A stretch of DNA of 64,000 bases from a virus. Taxonomy: Duplodnaviria; Caudoviricetes. The stretch is taken from positions 68,414 through 132,413 of IMG/VR virus record IMGVR_UViG_3300033120_000845; one strand, 5' to 3'. Under the pieces are notes generated by a model. It saw only the letters and a program-made list of their open reading frames with translations, was not told where the DNA came from and did not search any database. Positions within the stretch are counted from its first letter, which is position 1; each line of letters opens with the position of its first letter. Below, one piece after another: positions 39,564 through 50,022 of the stretch. Made by a program: the position numbers and the translations under genes.

Positions 39564-39965
39564 TTATAAATTATTTAGAAATTCTTTTAACTCTTCACTC
39601 TGGTCGGCAAGAAAAACTGAAGATAAATCCCAATCCATAACTATTTTATACATTTCTTTCTTAAAGGACGTAGAAGTAGTTGCATTAGATTTTTTCTTCC
39701 AATATTCTAAAACATCATTTAATTTAATGGGGTGGTAAATAATATCAAAATCAGTTTGTATCCATTTTGAAGCATCTTCACTTATAATCATATCAAACTC
39801 CCAAACCTTACCGTATCTGTATTCGTAACTGTCAAAGACTTCTTCCTCAAATTGTTGGTCAAATATATTCCAATGAGGTCTATAAATGACAGCACCATCT
39901 GTTAACTCTTTTAATCTTGGTAAAGCTTCTCTAATTTTATTTTCTAATTCCTGTATCATAATCAA
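39564..39965 (-). CDS. Hypothetical protein
   Basis: Packed ORF. Confidence 0.5.
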   Translation of the reverse strand: MIMIQELENKIREALPRLKELTDGAVIYRPHWNIFDQQFEEEVFDSYEYRYGKVWEFDMIISEDASKWIQTDFDIIYHPIKLNDVLEYWKKKSNATTSTSFKKEMYKIVMDWDLSSVFLADQSEELKEFLNNL

Positions 39966-40306
39966 TTATCTAAAAATTCATCAATCTGTTCTTTTAAATC
40001 TTCTATTGTATTACTTGTAAATGGAGGCATTGTTTCATCTTCTAAAGCTAAAGTTAATACTTCATCTAAATCGTAATGGTATAATTTATAAAAGCCTATA
40101 GGAGTGTCAGGATAAACTGTTAGTTCAATAACAGTGTTTGCTTCCACCATTCCATCGTAAACTTCTTGTGAAATATCATTAAGATATTTTTCGTTTGGGT
40201 AGCTCTTTAAATATTCTTCTGCCGTTTGATAGTCATCTCTGTGTAGATTTATTTCTAAAGATATGCTACCTTTTGTTTTTTCTATTAATTGTTGTAGTTT
40301 GTTCAT
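39962..40306 (-). CDS. Hypothetical protein
   Basis: Downstream of a promoter-like motif at 40325-40355. Confidence 0.5.
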   Translation of the reverse strand: MNKLQQLIEKTKGSISLEINLHRDDYQTAEEYLKSYPNEKYLNDISQEVYDGMVEANTVIELTVYPDTPIGFYKLYHYDLDEVLTLALEDETMPPFTSNTIEDLKEQIDEFLDN

Positions 40307-40494
40307 GTTTCTTAATTTTTTTTGTAAAGATATAAATAAAAATAATACGGTGCAAGTAAAAAGCGAAAATATTATAATAAAGTTAAAAATTAATAATAAA
40401 CTTGATTGGTTTATTGTGCAAAAACAGGTTTATTATTGCGCGAAAAAAGATTAAAAACAGAAAAAAGAGCCTTAATTAGACTCTTTTAGTGTAG

Positions 40495-40713
40495 TTATGA
40501 TTTCTTGGACACTTTAATTAAACTTCCACAACCAATATTAAAACCTATACCGTCATCCAACTCAGTAAAGGATATAATATCTTCTGATACACCTTTCATA
40601 GTTAAATGATTAACTAACATTTCTAAATTCTCAGGTCTTACATATTCTGAAAACATGTCTACAACTTCCATATTTGTGTAGCACTTGTTGTTTGTTAAAA
40701 TAAATGTTTGCAT
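40495..40713 (-). CDS. Hypothetical protein
   Basis: 72 aa; followed by a terminator-like hairpin near 40462-40488. Confidence 0.5.
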   Translation of the reverse strand: MQTFILTNNKCYTNMEVVDMFSEYVRPENLEMLVNHLTMKGVSEDIISFTELDDGIGFNIGCGSLIKVSKKS

Positions 40714-40715
40714 AA

Positions 40716-41423
40716 TTATTTCATTATTATTGAAGTGATATTGTCGTAAACATGCTCCTTTCTAGGGATAAGTAAATAATCCTTTACTACATTAGTTTTT
40801 TGATATGGGGTCATTAACACAAAGTTTTCATCGTCTTTAAAATTAAAGTATGCCTCTTCTAATTCTAAAGGCATTATTTTATAATCATAACATTTTAAAT
40901 CGAGTTTTCTCATCATTTTAGATAGAATCATGGCTCCATTCCATTTAGAAATATACAAGTAAGAAAAAACTCTTCCATCTTTTTTAGTTTCTGTGAGTAT
41001 TGAAGGATAAATACCTAATTTATTAAAAAATGGGAGCAGTACTTTTTCTTCAATGTTCCTATCTAAAGCGTGGGTATTTATATTGTAAAAATTATTTGTT
41101 TTATGTCTTGACCCGTCATCCATCATCCAAAGAGCTATGCCTAACTCGTCTAATTCATTTACAATATCTTGATAAGTGTAATCTAATAATTTCCTACCAA
41201 AATCAGACACCCTACAAGAAATACTAAAAATAGGAGCTTTTTTAAAACCTTGATTCATACTTTCTCTCACTTCTGCGGTACATAGATTTCCCAGCAATTT
41301 CTTTTTTAATTCCATGTACTCTTTGTGTACACAATTAAAGCTCATAGCCCCTGTCTTGTGCAAGCTGCCATCTCCTAAAATTCCGCTTAACATTATTTGT
41401 TTTTGTTCGTTTGTTATTTCCAT
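40716..41423 (-). CDS. Free-standing LAGLIDADG homing endonuclease
   Basis: Two motifs, MLSGILGDGSL and IALWMMDDGS. Confidence 0.85.
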   Translation of the reverse strand: MEITNEQKQIMLSGILGDGSLHKTGAMSFNCVHKEYMELKKKLLGNLCTAEVRESMNQGFKKAPIFSISCRVSDFGRKLLDYTYQDIVNELDELGIALWMMDDGSRHKTNNFYNINTHALDRNIEEKVLLPFFNKLGIYPSILTETKKDGRVFSYLYISKWNGAMILSKMMRKLDLKCYDYKIMPLELEEAYFNFKDDENFVLMTPYQKTNVVKDYLLIPRKEHVYDNITSIIMK

Positions 41424-41542
41424 TTTGTTTTATAAAACGCAGAAAGTTCCAAAGAGTGCAACGCAACTACACATCTAAGGAACTCCTACTTATTTTAAAT
41501 ACTTTCAATTGAAACTGAATGTTGCGTAAACAATTTCAAAAA

Positions 41543-41573
41543 CAAAGGTATGAAATTTTACTTAATTGTGCAA
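41543..41573 (-). promoter_or_regulatory. Bacteroidota-type promoter
   Basis: TTG-N20-TACCTTTG. Confidence 0.65.
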
Positions 41574-41595
41574 ACTACTTAACTTTAGTTTAACA

Positions 41596-43614
41596 CTAAT
41601 GCGTTTCAGATATATTACTTCCCACTTGGGTTTCACATGCTAACTCTACATTTAATCTCAATTGACTATTAACCCTTCTCATTGCTTCACTAATAATATC
41701 AATAGTTTTTTGAGTATTTGATTCTTCTACAATATACGCTGAATCGTCATGTGATTGAGTTACAGGAAAAATTCCCATCTGAGTACAATTCCATACCCAC
41801 ATGTTGAAGCAATAAACTGCGCTAGACTGGTTTATAATACTGAAAATATCTTTTGAGTTCCTACAATAATAGTAGAATTTTGAAATAGGGTTATATATCC
41901 AAGTCTCATCCCCAACTTTTTTTGAAATAAAGCTATTTGTTACTTCTTTTACTGCAAAATGAATTTGCCAATACGAATCTATAAGTTTTTGTGCTTCTTT
42001 TTTAGATATTTCTAAAGTTCTGCCTAAAGTCTCACTGCCTACAAGGTAGAGTGAGCTATAGTTACAAGTTTTCCCCTTACTTCTAACATTTTTCAATTTT
42101 TTCATTAAATCATTTTGCTCCGCCTCAGGTAAAGAAAGTAATTTTCTAACTTCATCCGTTGGTTTATAAAGTTCACTAAAGGTTTCAACATCTAAGTTAG
42201 GGTTGTCTTTCACAGCGGATTTAAATATATAGAAAACCTCCTCATCCGAAGACATTAGCCCTGCAAAAACAGAAATTTCGCAATGGGGGTCAAAGTAAGG
42301 CATTTGTGTTTTTTTAATTCTCTCAGGATTGATAAAAAACGTATAATGGTCTGACGTTCTACTTTCAATACCTGAAAGGTCACTCTGAACAATTTTCTTC
42401 CCTTCTCCCGCTATAAGGCACTCTCTAATCCATTTTCCATCCCTAATATCTCCTTTTCCTGTATAACGAGGAAGATTCACCAAAACGGAGTGCATCCACC
42501 TCATAGAAACGGCTAAGGCTTGTAAACCTTGAGAAATCATTTCATTTTCATCCATTTTAGAAAGAAATGATTTTAATATACCTATCCTATGAGTGAGAAT
42601 TGTAAGTCCATCAAAAGCTTCAATAGCAGGCTCTTTATCAATTAGCTTTAAAACACTTGAACAAAGCATTTTATCCTCTGTCATAATCTGCTCAACTACC
42701 TTAGTTTCATTAGTTTCTTTATCCCTATTGTGTTTAAATGTTTTTGGACTCCATCCCAAAAGATAAAGCCAGTCTTTTTTTTGTTTTACGGAATTTGGAT
42801 TAGGCTCTTCCCAAGATATAATTTCTTCAATTTCACCATCGTAATTATCAGACAAATTGCATCCTTTAATTAATGTCATCCATTTTTCTCCAGCCACTGA
42901 AAGACTTCCATCTTTTTTATACAAGGAGTTTGGCTTCTTTCTCTTAACTTTTACAGGAATTTTAGGCATTGCTTTTCTAAGCTGCTCTAATTTTTCTTCC
43001 TTTAATGATTCAAAGTATGCAAGATTTTTTTTAGTCTTATCAACATCAACTTTTATCTTCTGCTTCTCTTGCATAAAAGAGCAGTCCATAATCCAATTTA
43101 ATAGGTTTATAAGTCTTATTTTATCTTTTGAGCTATCTTCATACATTAAGTCAAGTTTAGCTCTTAAATCTTCCCAAAGTAGTATATTAATCTTTACATC
43201 TTCTTCACAACGATGGACATATTCTTCATAAGACAAGTTTTCCCAATCTGTTATTTTTGGTTTTGGTACTCCATAATCTTCTCCGAATGATTCTAAGCCG
43301 AATTTTTTCCCCTCTTTTGCACGAGTTGGATAAAGCCACCAAGCCAAAGCTAAGGAATCAATAACAGTTGCTGTAACAGTGATATTGTGTATTTTTTCCA
43401 AAACAGGCTTGTCGTATCGTCTTCCATTATGCATTACAATAATGTTTTCAGGATTACAGAATACTTTTTCTACATCTTCTTTTTTATCTGTAGATTTTAT
43501 TACCCATTTTCCTTCGCTGTTTTTATAGCCGACAGATAGTACATGCATCTTTGTCACTTGCTCAATTAACCCATCAGTTTCGCAGTCTGCAACAAAAATC
43601 TTATCTAAATTCAT
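41596..43614 (-). CDS. polA: Family A DNA polymerase with 3'-5' exonuclease
   Basis: Exo motifs ADCETDG, HNGRRYD, RCEEDV; pol motif A SDLSGIESR, motif B RSKGKTCNYSSLY, motif C QSHDD. Confidence 0.92.
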   Translation of the reverse strand: MNLDKIFVADCETDGLIEQVTKMHVLSVGYKNSEGKWVIKSTDKKEDVEKVFCNPENIIVMHNGRRYDKPVLEKIHNITVTATVIDSLALAWWLYPTRAKEGKKFGLESFGEDYGVPKPKITDWENLSYEEYVHRCEEDVKINILLWEDLRAKLDLMYEDSSKDKIRLINLLNWIMDCSFMQEKQKIKVDVDKTKKNLAYFESLKEEKLEQLRKAMPKIPVKVKRKKPNSLYKKDGSLSVAGEKWMTLIKGCNLSDNYDGEIEEIISWEEPNPNSVKQKKDWLYLLGWSPKTFKHNRDKETNETKVVEQIMTEDKMLCSSVLKLIDKEPAIEAFDGLTILTHRIGILKSFLSKMDENEMISQGLQALAVSMRWMHSVLVNLPRYTGKGDIRDGKWIRECLIAGEGKKIVQSDLSGIESRTSDHYTFFINPERIKKTQMPYFDPHCEISVFAGLMSSDEEVFYIFKSAVKDNPNLDVETFSELYKPTDEVRKLLSLPEAEQNDLMKKLKNVRSKGKTCNYSSLYLVGSETLGRTLEISKKEAQKLIDSYWQIHFAVKEVTNSFISKKVGDETWIYNPISKFYYYCRNSKDIFSIINQSSAVYCFNMWVWNCTQMGIFPVTQSHDDSAYIVEESNTQKTIDIISEAMRRVNSQLRLNVELACETQVGSNISETH

Positions 43615-43617
43615 ATC

Positions 43618-43809
43618 CTATTCTTTTTTTATATACCCTTTAAATTTAAACAACTTATAAAACTCAACTTCTTCTCTGCAATACTTCTTACCACTTTCTA
43701 TCTGCACATAAATTATTGCTTTTTCCCATTTTCGCGTATGAGGATTTTTCATCTCTACTTCTTCTTGAATGTAGTAGTCTTTTTGTTTGTATGTGTAGTG
43801 TTTTTTCAT
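43618..43809 (-). CDS. Small DUF1653-like protein
   Basis: YTYKQKDY...AIIYVQ....KYCREEVEFYKLF. Confidence 0.45.
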   Translation of the reverse strand: MKKHYTYKQKDYYIQEEVEMKNPHTRKWEKAIIYVQIESGKKYCREEVEFYKLFKFKGYIKKE

Positions 43810-44068
43810 CTGTTTTTATAAAGTTCACTTTGTTCTCAATCTTTTTTCGCGGCAAAATTATACTCTTCAATCATCTTTTCCATCTTTTGCCGAAATTACT
43901 GTCTCTGAATACAAGGACACATAAAATTTAAGTCTTTTTCTTCACATTCACAGTAATATTTATCCTCGCCTTCTTCTAAAGTTTCCGCCCACTTATCAAT
44001 TATAAAATCTTCTGTGATTAATTTATCTTTTAATCTTTCTATATCTTGTTCTGTTAGTATGTATGTTT

Positions 44069-44344
44069 TCATAACATTTTATCAATTAAAGGTAAACATT
44101 CTTTAAGTTTTGTATTTAACTCAAGCATTTCCATATCCCCTGTTGAATCTAATGGATATACTTTTAAAGATAAATTTATAATCTTTTTCAACAAAATTAA
44201 TTCATAAGTTAAATCACCTTCTCCGCCAAAGTTTAAAGCCATGTCAGCAATTTGCTCAACATTGTCATCAGTCATATTATTTATTATAGCATATTCTATA
44301 TCTTTTATGCGTAATGACGTAACCATTTCAATTTTATTCTCCAT
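44069..44344 (-). CDS. Hypothetical protein
   Basis: Packed ORF. Confidence 0.5.
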   Translation of the reverse strand: MENKIEMVTSLRIKDIEYAIINNMTDDNVEQIADMALNFGGEGDLTYELILLKKIINLSLKVYPLDSTGDMEMLELNTKLKECLPLIDKML

Positions 44345-44562
44345 ATTGTTTCTTTAACTGTTATAGTTTTTTACGTTCTCTTTTTTCTTTTGCTTTTAAT
44401 TTCTTTTCCGCCGCGATTTTAGTTTCTAAAGTTTTAAAAGTTGGTTCAAGAGGATGTTTCCAATATTCCATTAACAAATGTGTGGGAGCTTTTTCAAGTC
44501 CTTTATAGAAACTTTTTATAATTAGTTCAGCTTTTAAGTCTTCTATAATCTTTATTAGTTTC

Positions 44563-44829
44563 TTATTTCTCATAATCTAAAAATATTTTCAAAGTTTCTC
44601 CGTTATCTTGTTCTTGTATTTCACAGTTTTTTACATTGTAGTTTGCATATACTCTTCCCTTATCTTTTTGTATTACTTCTACTCTGTTTATTTTTTCTTT
44701 GTTTTCAGTTTTTTGCGCCAAAGAAAAAGCATCAAAAAACATCTTCTTATATTCTTTCTCGTGCAAGTTAAACATATAAGTTGACATTTGCAAGTTTTCT
44801 TCTTTATATTTATTCCAAATTTCTTCCAT
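44563..44829 (-). CDS. Hypothetical protein
   Basis: Packed ORF. Confidence 0.5.
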   Translation of the reverse strand: MEEIWNKYKEENLQMSTYMFNLHEKEYKKMFFDAFSLAQKTENKEKINRVEVIQKDKGRVYANYNVKNCEIQEQDNGETLKIFLDYEK

Positions 44830-45568
44830 CTTCTAAATTTGATAAAACTTCAAACTTTACTTGTGCATAAATAATACCTCTACAGATAACTTTGTTAAAA
44901 GAATCTTTTATGTCTTTTAAACTGTATTGTGGTTTATTTTCCCTAATTAACTTCTCAACAGTTTCTTTGTTTTTAAACCTTTTTCCGTCATATTTACTAT
45001 TCTTATGATGTTCATAGCAAGTTTCAACACACTTAAATTTAACATCGTCATAAATATAGAAAGTGTCTCCTTCTTTAATTACTCCTCCGTCTTCTGTTGT
45101 ATAAGATTTATGTTTTTCAATATACTTTTGAGCGGATTCGTAAGTAGAGAACGCCCTTCCTTCTATTTGCTGTGTATTTTCTTTAGTAGCAAAACTTGTG
45201 AACCAAATTTCAAAATTATCACAAACAGTAAATATATTATCTCCTTCAAAAATATCCACGCCATCTGATGTTGTAAATAAAATCTCTTTTATAAACGGTT
45301 CAAAATACTTTTCCTGTCCCTCATACCAATGACTAAAAGGATGCCCATTAAAAATATTATCAAGATGCACAATTTTGCCTATTTTCCAAGCAATTCCGTC
45401 ATCATTCCAAATACCATTTGGATTTTCTATTAATTTAAATTTTTTAACTTCATCCCAATATTCTAAATTTGGATGTCCTTCAATAACTAAATTCTCAATC
45501 TTCATACATCCATCTCTGTATGTCATTATAGAACCGTTTGTTTTATGTTTGTACGCTTTAGTTTCCAT
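44810..45568 (-). CDS. Hypothetical protein with an internal tandem duplicated module
   Basis: FTTSDGVDIFEGD and YTTEDGGVIKEGD repeats. Confidence 0.55.
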   Translation of the reverse strand: METKAYKHKTNGSIMTYRDGCMKIENLVIEGHPNLEYWDEVKKFKLIENPNGIWNDDGIAWKIGKIVHLDNIFNGHPFSHWYEGQEKYFEPFIKEILFTTSDGVDIFEGDNIFTVCDNFEIWFTSFATKENTQQIEGRAFSTYESAQKYIEKHKSYTTEDGGVIKEGDTFYIYDDVKFKCVETCYEHHKNSKYDGKRFKNKETVEKLIRENKPQYSLKDIKDSFNKVICRGIIYAQVKFEVLSNLEDGRNLE

Positions 45569-45800
45569 TTTTCAATATTTTTAATTCGTGATTCATTACA
45601 CTCAACTGACTTTCTGCCACACTTCTTAAATCAGCATTTATTTCTCTTACTAATTCTATTTCGGCGCGAATAAGATTAAAAACAACAGTTGATTTTTCCT
45701 CATCTAAAACAGAATCTAATTTCTCTTTAATTACTTCTAATCCTTTATCTAATAGTCTACAAGTTTTAGGGTATGGAAGTCTAATGTGTTCTATTTTCAT
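45558..45800 (-). CDS. Hypothetical coiled-coil protein, paralog of 50914-51144
   Basis: Shares GLEVIKEKLDSVLDE.KSTVVFNLI.AEIE and AESQLSVMN. Confidence 0.6.
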   Translation of the reverse strand: MKIEHIRLPYPKTCRLLDKGLEVIKEKLDSVLDEEKSTVVFNLIRAEIELVREINADLRSVAESQLSVMNHELKILKNGN

Positions 45801-46215
45801 TTTCTACGATTTCAATTAATTTTTCTAAACAAGCTTGACGAGCTTTTTCGTAAGTATTATAAAAAGAACTATAGAAATCTCCTAATTTTAGATTAAATCG
45901 GTATAATTCTTTTTCCACCTCATCATCATAATATTTGTACACCCAAGAATCTAAATTATATTTTTCCCTAAACCAATCAAAAGTTTGTTGAAAAAGTGGT
46001 GCTATACATATTTCAGAATCGTTTTTATAAATAACATCTAATTCCGAGTTAGTTCTCTTTTCCCAAGTAGCGTCTTGGTCATACCACGTAACTTTAGGAT
46101 TAGAGAAATGAAATCCTAAACAAGGTTCATCAAAACCTAATTCTTTAAGTTTTAAAGCTAATTCATAAGGTATAAATTCTTTTTCCATATTGTTTATTAT
46201 AATATTCGTTAGCAA
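45781..46215 (-). CDS. Bacteroidota-phage-type hypothetical protein
   Basis: FIPYELALKLKELGFDEPC...APLFQQTFDWFREKY. Confidence 0.6.
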   Translation of the reverse strand: MLTNIIINNMEKEFIPYELALKLKELGFDEPCLGFHFSNPKVTWYDQDATWEKRTNSELDVIYKNDSEICIAPLFQQTFDWFREKYNLDSWVYKYYDDEVEKELYRFNLKLGDFYSSFYNTYEKARQACLEKLIEIVENENRTH

Positions 46216-46297
46216 ATTTAATAGCTTCTTTTAATTTTGTGATGAATGTTTCATCGTATATAAAGTTTTTCATAATATTTGTTTTATTTTTCTTCTA

Positions 46298-46327
46298 CAA
46301 AGATAGTGATTATTTTCTTACCTCCAA
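46298..46327 (-). promoter_or_regulatory. Bacteroidota-type promoter
   Basis: TTG-N19-TATCTTTG. Confidence 0.6.
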
Positions 46328-46428
46328 ATAAAAATTGTAAATTTTCTTTATTTTTCGTCGTAAAAAAGAAATTTAGAAATAGTCTAAATAAAAAACAGCC
46401 TATAAATAAATACAGACTGTTGATTATA

Positions 46429-47532
46429 TTAAAAAGGAGATTTATTATCGTCCTGTAAATCATTAAAATTTGGTTCAAAAGCCTGAAGATTTTGAGGAGC
46501 TTCGAATACAGGTAGTGTTGTGAATGTTGGAGTTGAAATAGTTGTTTTTTTCCTATCTTCTCTAACTTTATCCGCATTTGGTATATTAATCTCTTCTGCG
46601 TAAATATCTAAGTACAGTCCTTCCGCTTCACGACATTTTAAAAGATGGACATAGTTAACAGCGTAAGTTTCCAGAGATACTCTCCCATTTTTATCCTCTT
46701 CTAAGAAATATTTACTCAAATTTGGATACCTCTCTGGGTCAACCTTAGTATACTCTTTTATACCTAACTTTTGAGGACTTATCATAATAGCTACATAATC
46801 AGCCACCTGAAATGTAAATTGAGAATAATATATATCGCTTGCAGTAGGTTGAGACATTATATTTTTGTCTTGTGCCCTCTTAGCCATATCTGAGTTAGTT
46901 TGTGAAAGTAAAATAAAAATAACATTCTCATAAGTCATTTTTAAATCTACAATCTTCTCAATAAAATGCTCTATGATGGTGTTTTTTGGCTCTCCCCTAT
47001 CTCCTTGAACCAAAGCAAGGTGGTCGACAGTTATTACTACAGAGGATTTATTTTTGTTAGCTTCTAAAAATTCCTTACACCCTTCAAAAAATTTGGAAGG
47101 TGTTGTAGGAACTTGTGAAATACTTACCCTATCATCTTGTAAAGATTTAAAATACTCATTTGCTAAATTTTTCTCTTCTTCCGTAAACTGCTCTAATAGT
47201 ATTTCCTTTTTTGTTTTAGATTTAATATTCTTTGAAAGCCCACGTAAAATTAAACTGATAACCCTCATTTCTAATGATATATGAAGAACAGCAAAATTAT
47301 CTGAAGTAGGGTTTAGCGACTTGTTTAAAATATTATCAGTCATTTTAGCTAATTGGAAACTTTTACCAACACCTGAGCCTGCTGAATAAACTATAACTGA
47401 CCCGTTAACCACAGGAAATAAATCATCAAAATACGGAAGTCCTGTTTTTACAACACCTTTCTCTCCATTTTGATATTGCTTAATTTCTTTGAATGCTTTT
47501 TCTGTTAGGTCTTTAAACTTTTGTATTTGCAT
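46429..47532 (-). CDS. DnaB-like (SF4) replicative helicase
   Basis: KTGLPYFD; Walker A SAGSGVGKS; ISLEM; Walker B VVITVDHL; LLSQTN; QVADY; LKCRE. Confidence 0.85.
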   Translation of the reverse strand: MQIQKFKDLTEKAFKEIKQYQNGEKGVVKTGLPYFDDLFPVVNGSVIVYSAGSGVGKSFQLAKMTDNILNKSLNPTSDNFAVLHISLEMRVISLILRGLSKNIKSKTKKEILLEQFTEEEKNLANEYFKSLQDDRVSISQVPTTPSKFFEGCKEFLEANKNKSSVVITVDHLALVQGDRGEPKNTIIEHFIEKIVDLKMTYENVIFILLSQTNSDMAKRAQDKNIMSQPTASDIYYSQFTFQVADYVAIMISPQKLGIKEYTKVDPERYPNLSKYFLEEDKNGRVSLETYAVNYVHLLKCREAEGLYLDIYAEEINIPNADKVREDRKKTTISTPTFTTLPVFEAPQNLQAFEPNFNDLQDDNKSPF

Positions 47533-48134
47533 TAGTCGTATATCTCAAAACTGTTATCTAATCTCTCTTTGTTTTTTAAATAGTGCTTATAAAGCCAACT
47601 ATCGTGAATATCAGGTTTAGCTTCATAACATATAGTTTTTCCTCTGTCAGATGTGAATTTTTTAGGATAGAATAAAGTAAACTCTAAAACTTTTGAAGCC
47701 TCATCTACATATTCATCTTTTAAGAAATCAATAAATAATTTAACCAAGTTATTTTTTTGTATCCCTGTTTCATGCTTAAACCATGCTAAATATTTTTTAA
47801 CTCTATTAGGATTTCCAATCTCTTTATTTTTTTCAATATAATAATTTGAAAGCCATGTGAAAAGTTTATCCTCTTCATCGGAGGCTATAGGTTCTGTTAA
47901 AATAGTGTTTAAAAGTTTTTTACCTTTATTTGATAACCTTAGTTTTAAGCGTACATCTTCATTAGCCTTCCCTTTGATATAAGTTACAAGAGAAGATTCT
48001 TCTAAACGCTTTAAAACATCGTCAGGTAGTGTTTCTAACACTCTTTTTTCAACTTGTTTTGCCGCAACAAGATAGTAAATATCAGAGGGCTCTAATTCAC
48101 TTCTAAAAAAACTGTCAAAATTAATATACATCAC
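47532..48134 (-). CDS. Hypothetical protein (possible winged-helix replication protein)
   Basis: Coupled to the helicase; LEESSLVTYIK...LRLSNKGKKLL wing-like segment. Confidence 0.45.
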   Translation of the reverse strand: MMYINFDSFFRSELEPSDIYYLVAAKQVEKRVLETLPDDVLKRLEESSLVTYIKGKANEDVRLKLRLSNKGKKLLNTILTEPIASDEEDKLFTWLSNYYIEKNKEIGNPNRVKKYLAWFKHETGIQKNNLVKLFIDFLKDEYVDEASKVLEFTLFYPKKFTSDRGKTICYEAKPDIHDSWLYKHYLKNKERLDNSFEIYD

Positions 48135-48228
48135 AAAAACAATTTATTAATTACATAATAACAGCACCACACTTCTAAAGCTATCACACTTATATATCCT
48201 AAAATTTCAAGTGCGAATAATAATCTTT

Positions 48229-48522
48229 TCATAATGATATTGATAAAAACTCTTTTATAATATTTTCTTTTAAAGATTTCATAATATTATTAATATCAGA
48301 AGTTATCTGTTTCTCTTCTTTAATCTTTTTTCTGCCGATTTTAACACCCTTAAAAAATATTTCATACTCGGTAGAAGTATTAAAATAATCAACTATTAAT
48401 ACAGAGTCTTCTAAAGTGACTTTAGTTACTAAGTTGGTGTATTTACCAAATTCTACTGAAATATTTTTAAATTCTGTATTTTTCATTAAAGTGTAGAAAA
48501 TGTCTAATTCTTTATTTTCCAT
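48229..48522 (-). CDS. Hypothetical protein
   Basis: Coupled ORF. Confidence 0.5.
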   Translation of the reverse strand: MENKELDIFYTLMKNTEFKNISVEFGKYTNLVTKVTLEDSVLIVDYFNTSTEYEIFFKGVKIGRKKIKEEKQITSDINNIMKSLKENIIKEFLSISL

Positions 48523-48902
48523 TACACTAAATCATTTAATACCACAGGTTTAAATCCTTTTGGTTTTATCACTTTACCCACTGAATTTTTCAAAGGTTTT
48601 CCATCGACTAACTTTGACATATTGTTCTCATGTACTCGGTTAAAGGCTTCTTCAAATACATGTTGCAATCCATGAGCGTTTATAGTACCCATTAAAATAT
48701 AAAATTGGTCTACTAAGCTATCCAATGTTTCCACTAAATCTTCTGTCTCTGTGGCTTCCTCATACTCTTCCAACTCTTCATAAGCTAAATCAAATCTTAA
48801 CCTGCTTTCGTTTTCTGTTAACATTGTTGGTTCGTGGCTAACCTCTTGGTCAAAAACCTCTTGAAATCCCCTTACTTTATTTAAAGCTTCTTTTAATTCC
48901 AT
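48522..48902 (-). CDS. MazG-like/PRA-PH nucleotide pyrophosphohydrolase
   Basis: EELEE..DSLVDQFY..VHENNMSK..GKVIKPKGF. Confidence 0.85.
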   Translation of the reverse strand: MELKEALNKVRGFQEVFDQEVSHEPTMLTENESRLRFDLAYEELEEYEEATETEDLVETLDSLVDQFYILMGTINAHGLQHVFEEAFNRVHENNMSKLVDGKPLKNSVGKVIKPKGFKPVVLNDLV

Positions 48903-49208
48903 TTTATTTATAATATTTACTTTTCTTAAATAGTTTACGAAGTAGGCTTATTTGTTCTTGGTTGAATTTGAATACACCTAAATCTGTTTTTAATTTTTTA
49001 TGCGCGAAAATATAATTTATTTCTATTTCGGATAATTTATACTTTAACATTTCTCTGTTGTTTAATATAATTCTCCGCCTCAAGTAAATTACCTGTAAAG
49101 ACAACTTCTACATATACTTCATCGAATTCTTCTGTATAAGATAGAACATTATATCTATTCTTTTTAACCCATGAAATTCTATATTTTTGCATAGTTTTTT
49201 ATTTTTTA

Positions 49209-49239
49209 CAAATATACTTAATTTTATTTTCCTGTGCAA
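49209..49239 (-). promoter_or_regulatory. Bacteroidota-type promoter
   Basis: TTGCAC start; TTG-N20-TATATTTG. Confidence 0.7.
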
Positions 49240-49424
49240 TACAAAGTCTCAAAAAAGATTAAAAAATATCTAACTTTCTCAATTCTTTTCTCAACAACAC
49301 TCTTTCATAAGGAGATAGAAGTCTTTCTAAGTCTAATATTGTTTGAATGTTTTGTGTTATTTCTGTTTCTTTCTTTTCTTCGCCGAAATTTGATTCCTCC
49401 CAATATTTTAAACTATCGCTCATA

Positions 49425-49766
49425 TTATCTATTTTGGTACTTTCTAACTCTGTTTTTAATTTTCTGAAATTCTTCTAATGTTTTAAATTCATCGTTCTTT
49501 AAACTATATGGTAAATCAAACATTTTCATCTCTTTCTTTAAATGAGGTTCTAATTTAACTAAATCCCACTTGTCTAATGGAATTAATACTCCCATTTCTA
49601 TAAGCTCTATTGGGCGAAATTGGTAGCTAATATAGTAATTTGTTTTATTTTTGTTTGTGGCGCACTTAACCCATCCGAAATAAAAGCTGTTGCAAAATAC
49701 ATCCCCCTCTTTCACATTGAAAAATTCGCTAAATACTACATCTCTTGCTATTTTGTAAAATTTCAT
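49425..49766 (-). CDS. Hypothetical protein
   Basis: Packed ORF. Confidence 0.5.
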   Translation of the reverse strand: MKFYKIARDVVFSEFFNVKEGDVFCNSFYFGWVKCATNKNKTNYYISYQFRPIELIEMGVLIPLDKWDLVKLEPHLKKEMKMFDLPYSLKNDEFKTLEEFQKIKNRVRKYQNR

Positions 49767-49773
49767 ATCATTA

Positions 49774-50022
49774 TTATTTATATTTTTCGTATTTATAAAT
49801 TGAATTTAAAGTTTTAAATGTTTGTTCGTCAATGATTTCTGTTACAGGAGAAGTACTAATTCCTTGATTTTGATAATTAATATATCCTAAATTAAATCTC
49901 TCACCTATTTGTGGCGGTTTAATAAATCCCCCGACATGGAAAGGCTTAGACTCACCAAATGTAGAATTTTCATGAAAAGGGTTTTCCACATTCCCTATTT
50001 TTGTAATTTTATATGTTTCCAT
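49774..50022 (-). CDS. Hypothetical protein
   Basis: Coupled to thyA; STSPVTEI...FKTLNSIY. Confidence 0.55.
   Translation of the reverse strand: METYKITKIGNVENPFHENSTFGESKPFHVGGFIKPPQIGERFNLGYINYQNQGISTSPVTEIIDEQTFKTLNSIYKYEKYK

Noticed and set aside
41596-43614. Intron or intein in polA suggested by the adjacent LAGLIDADG gene
   Set aside because: polA is continuous with all motifs present; the endonuclease is free-standing with its own promoter.
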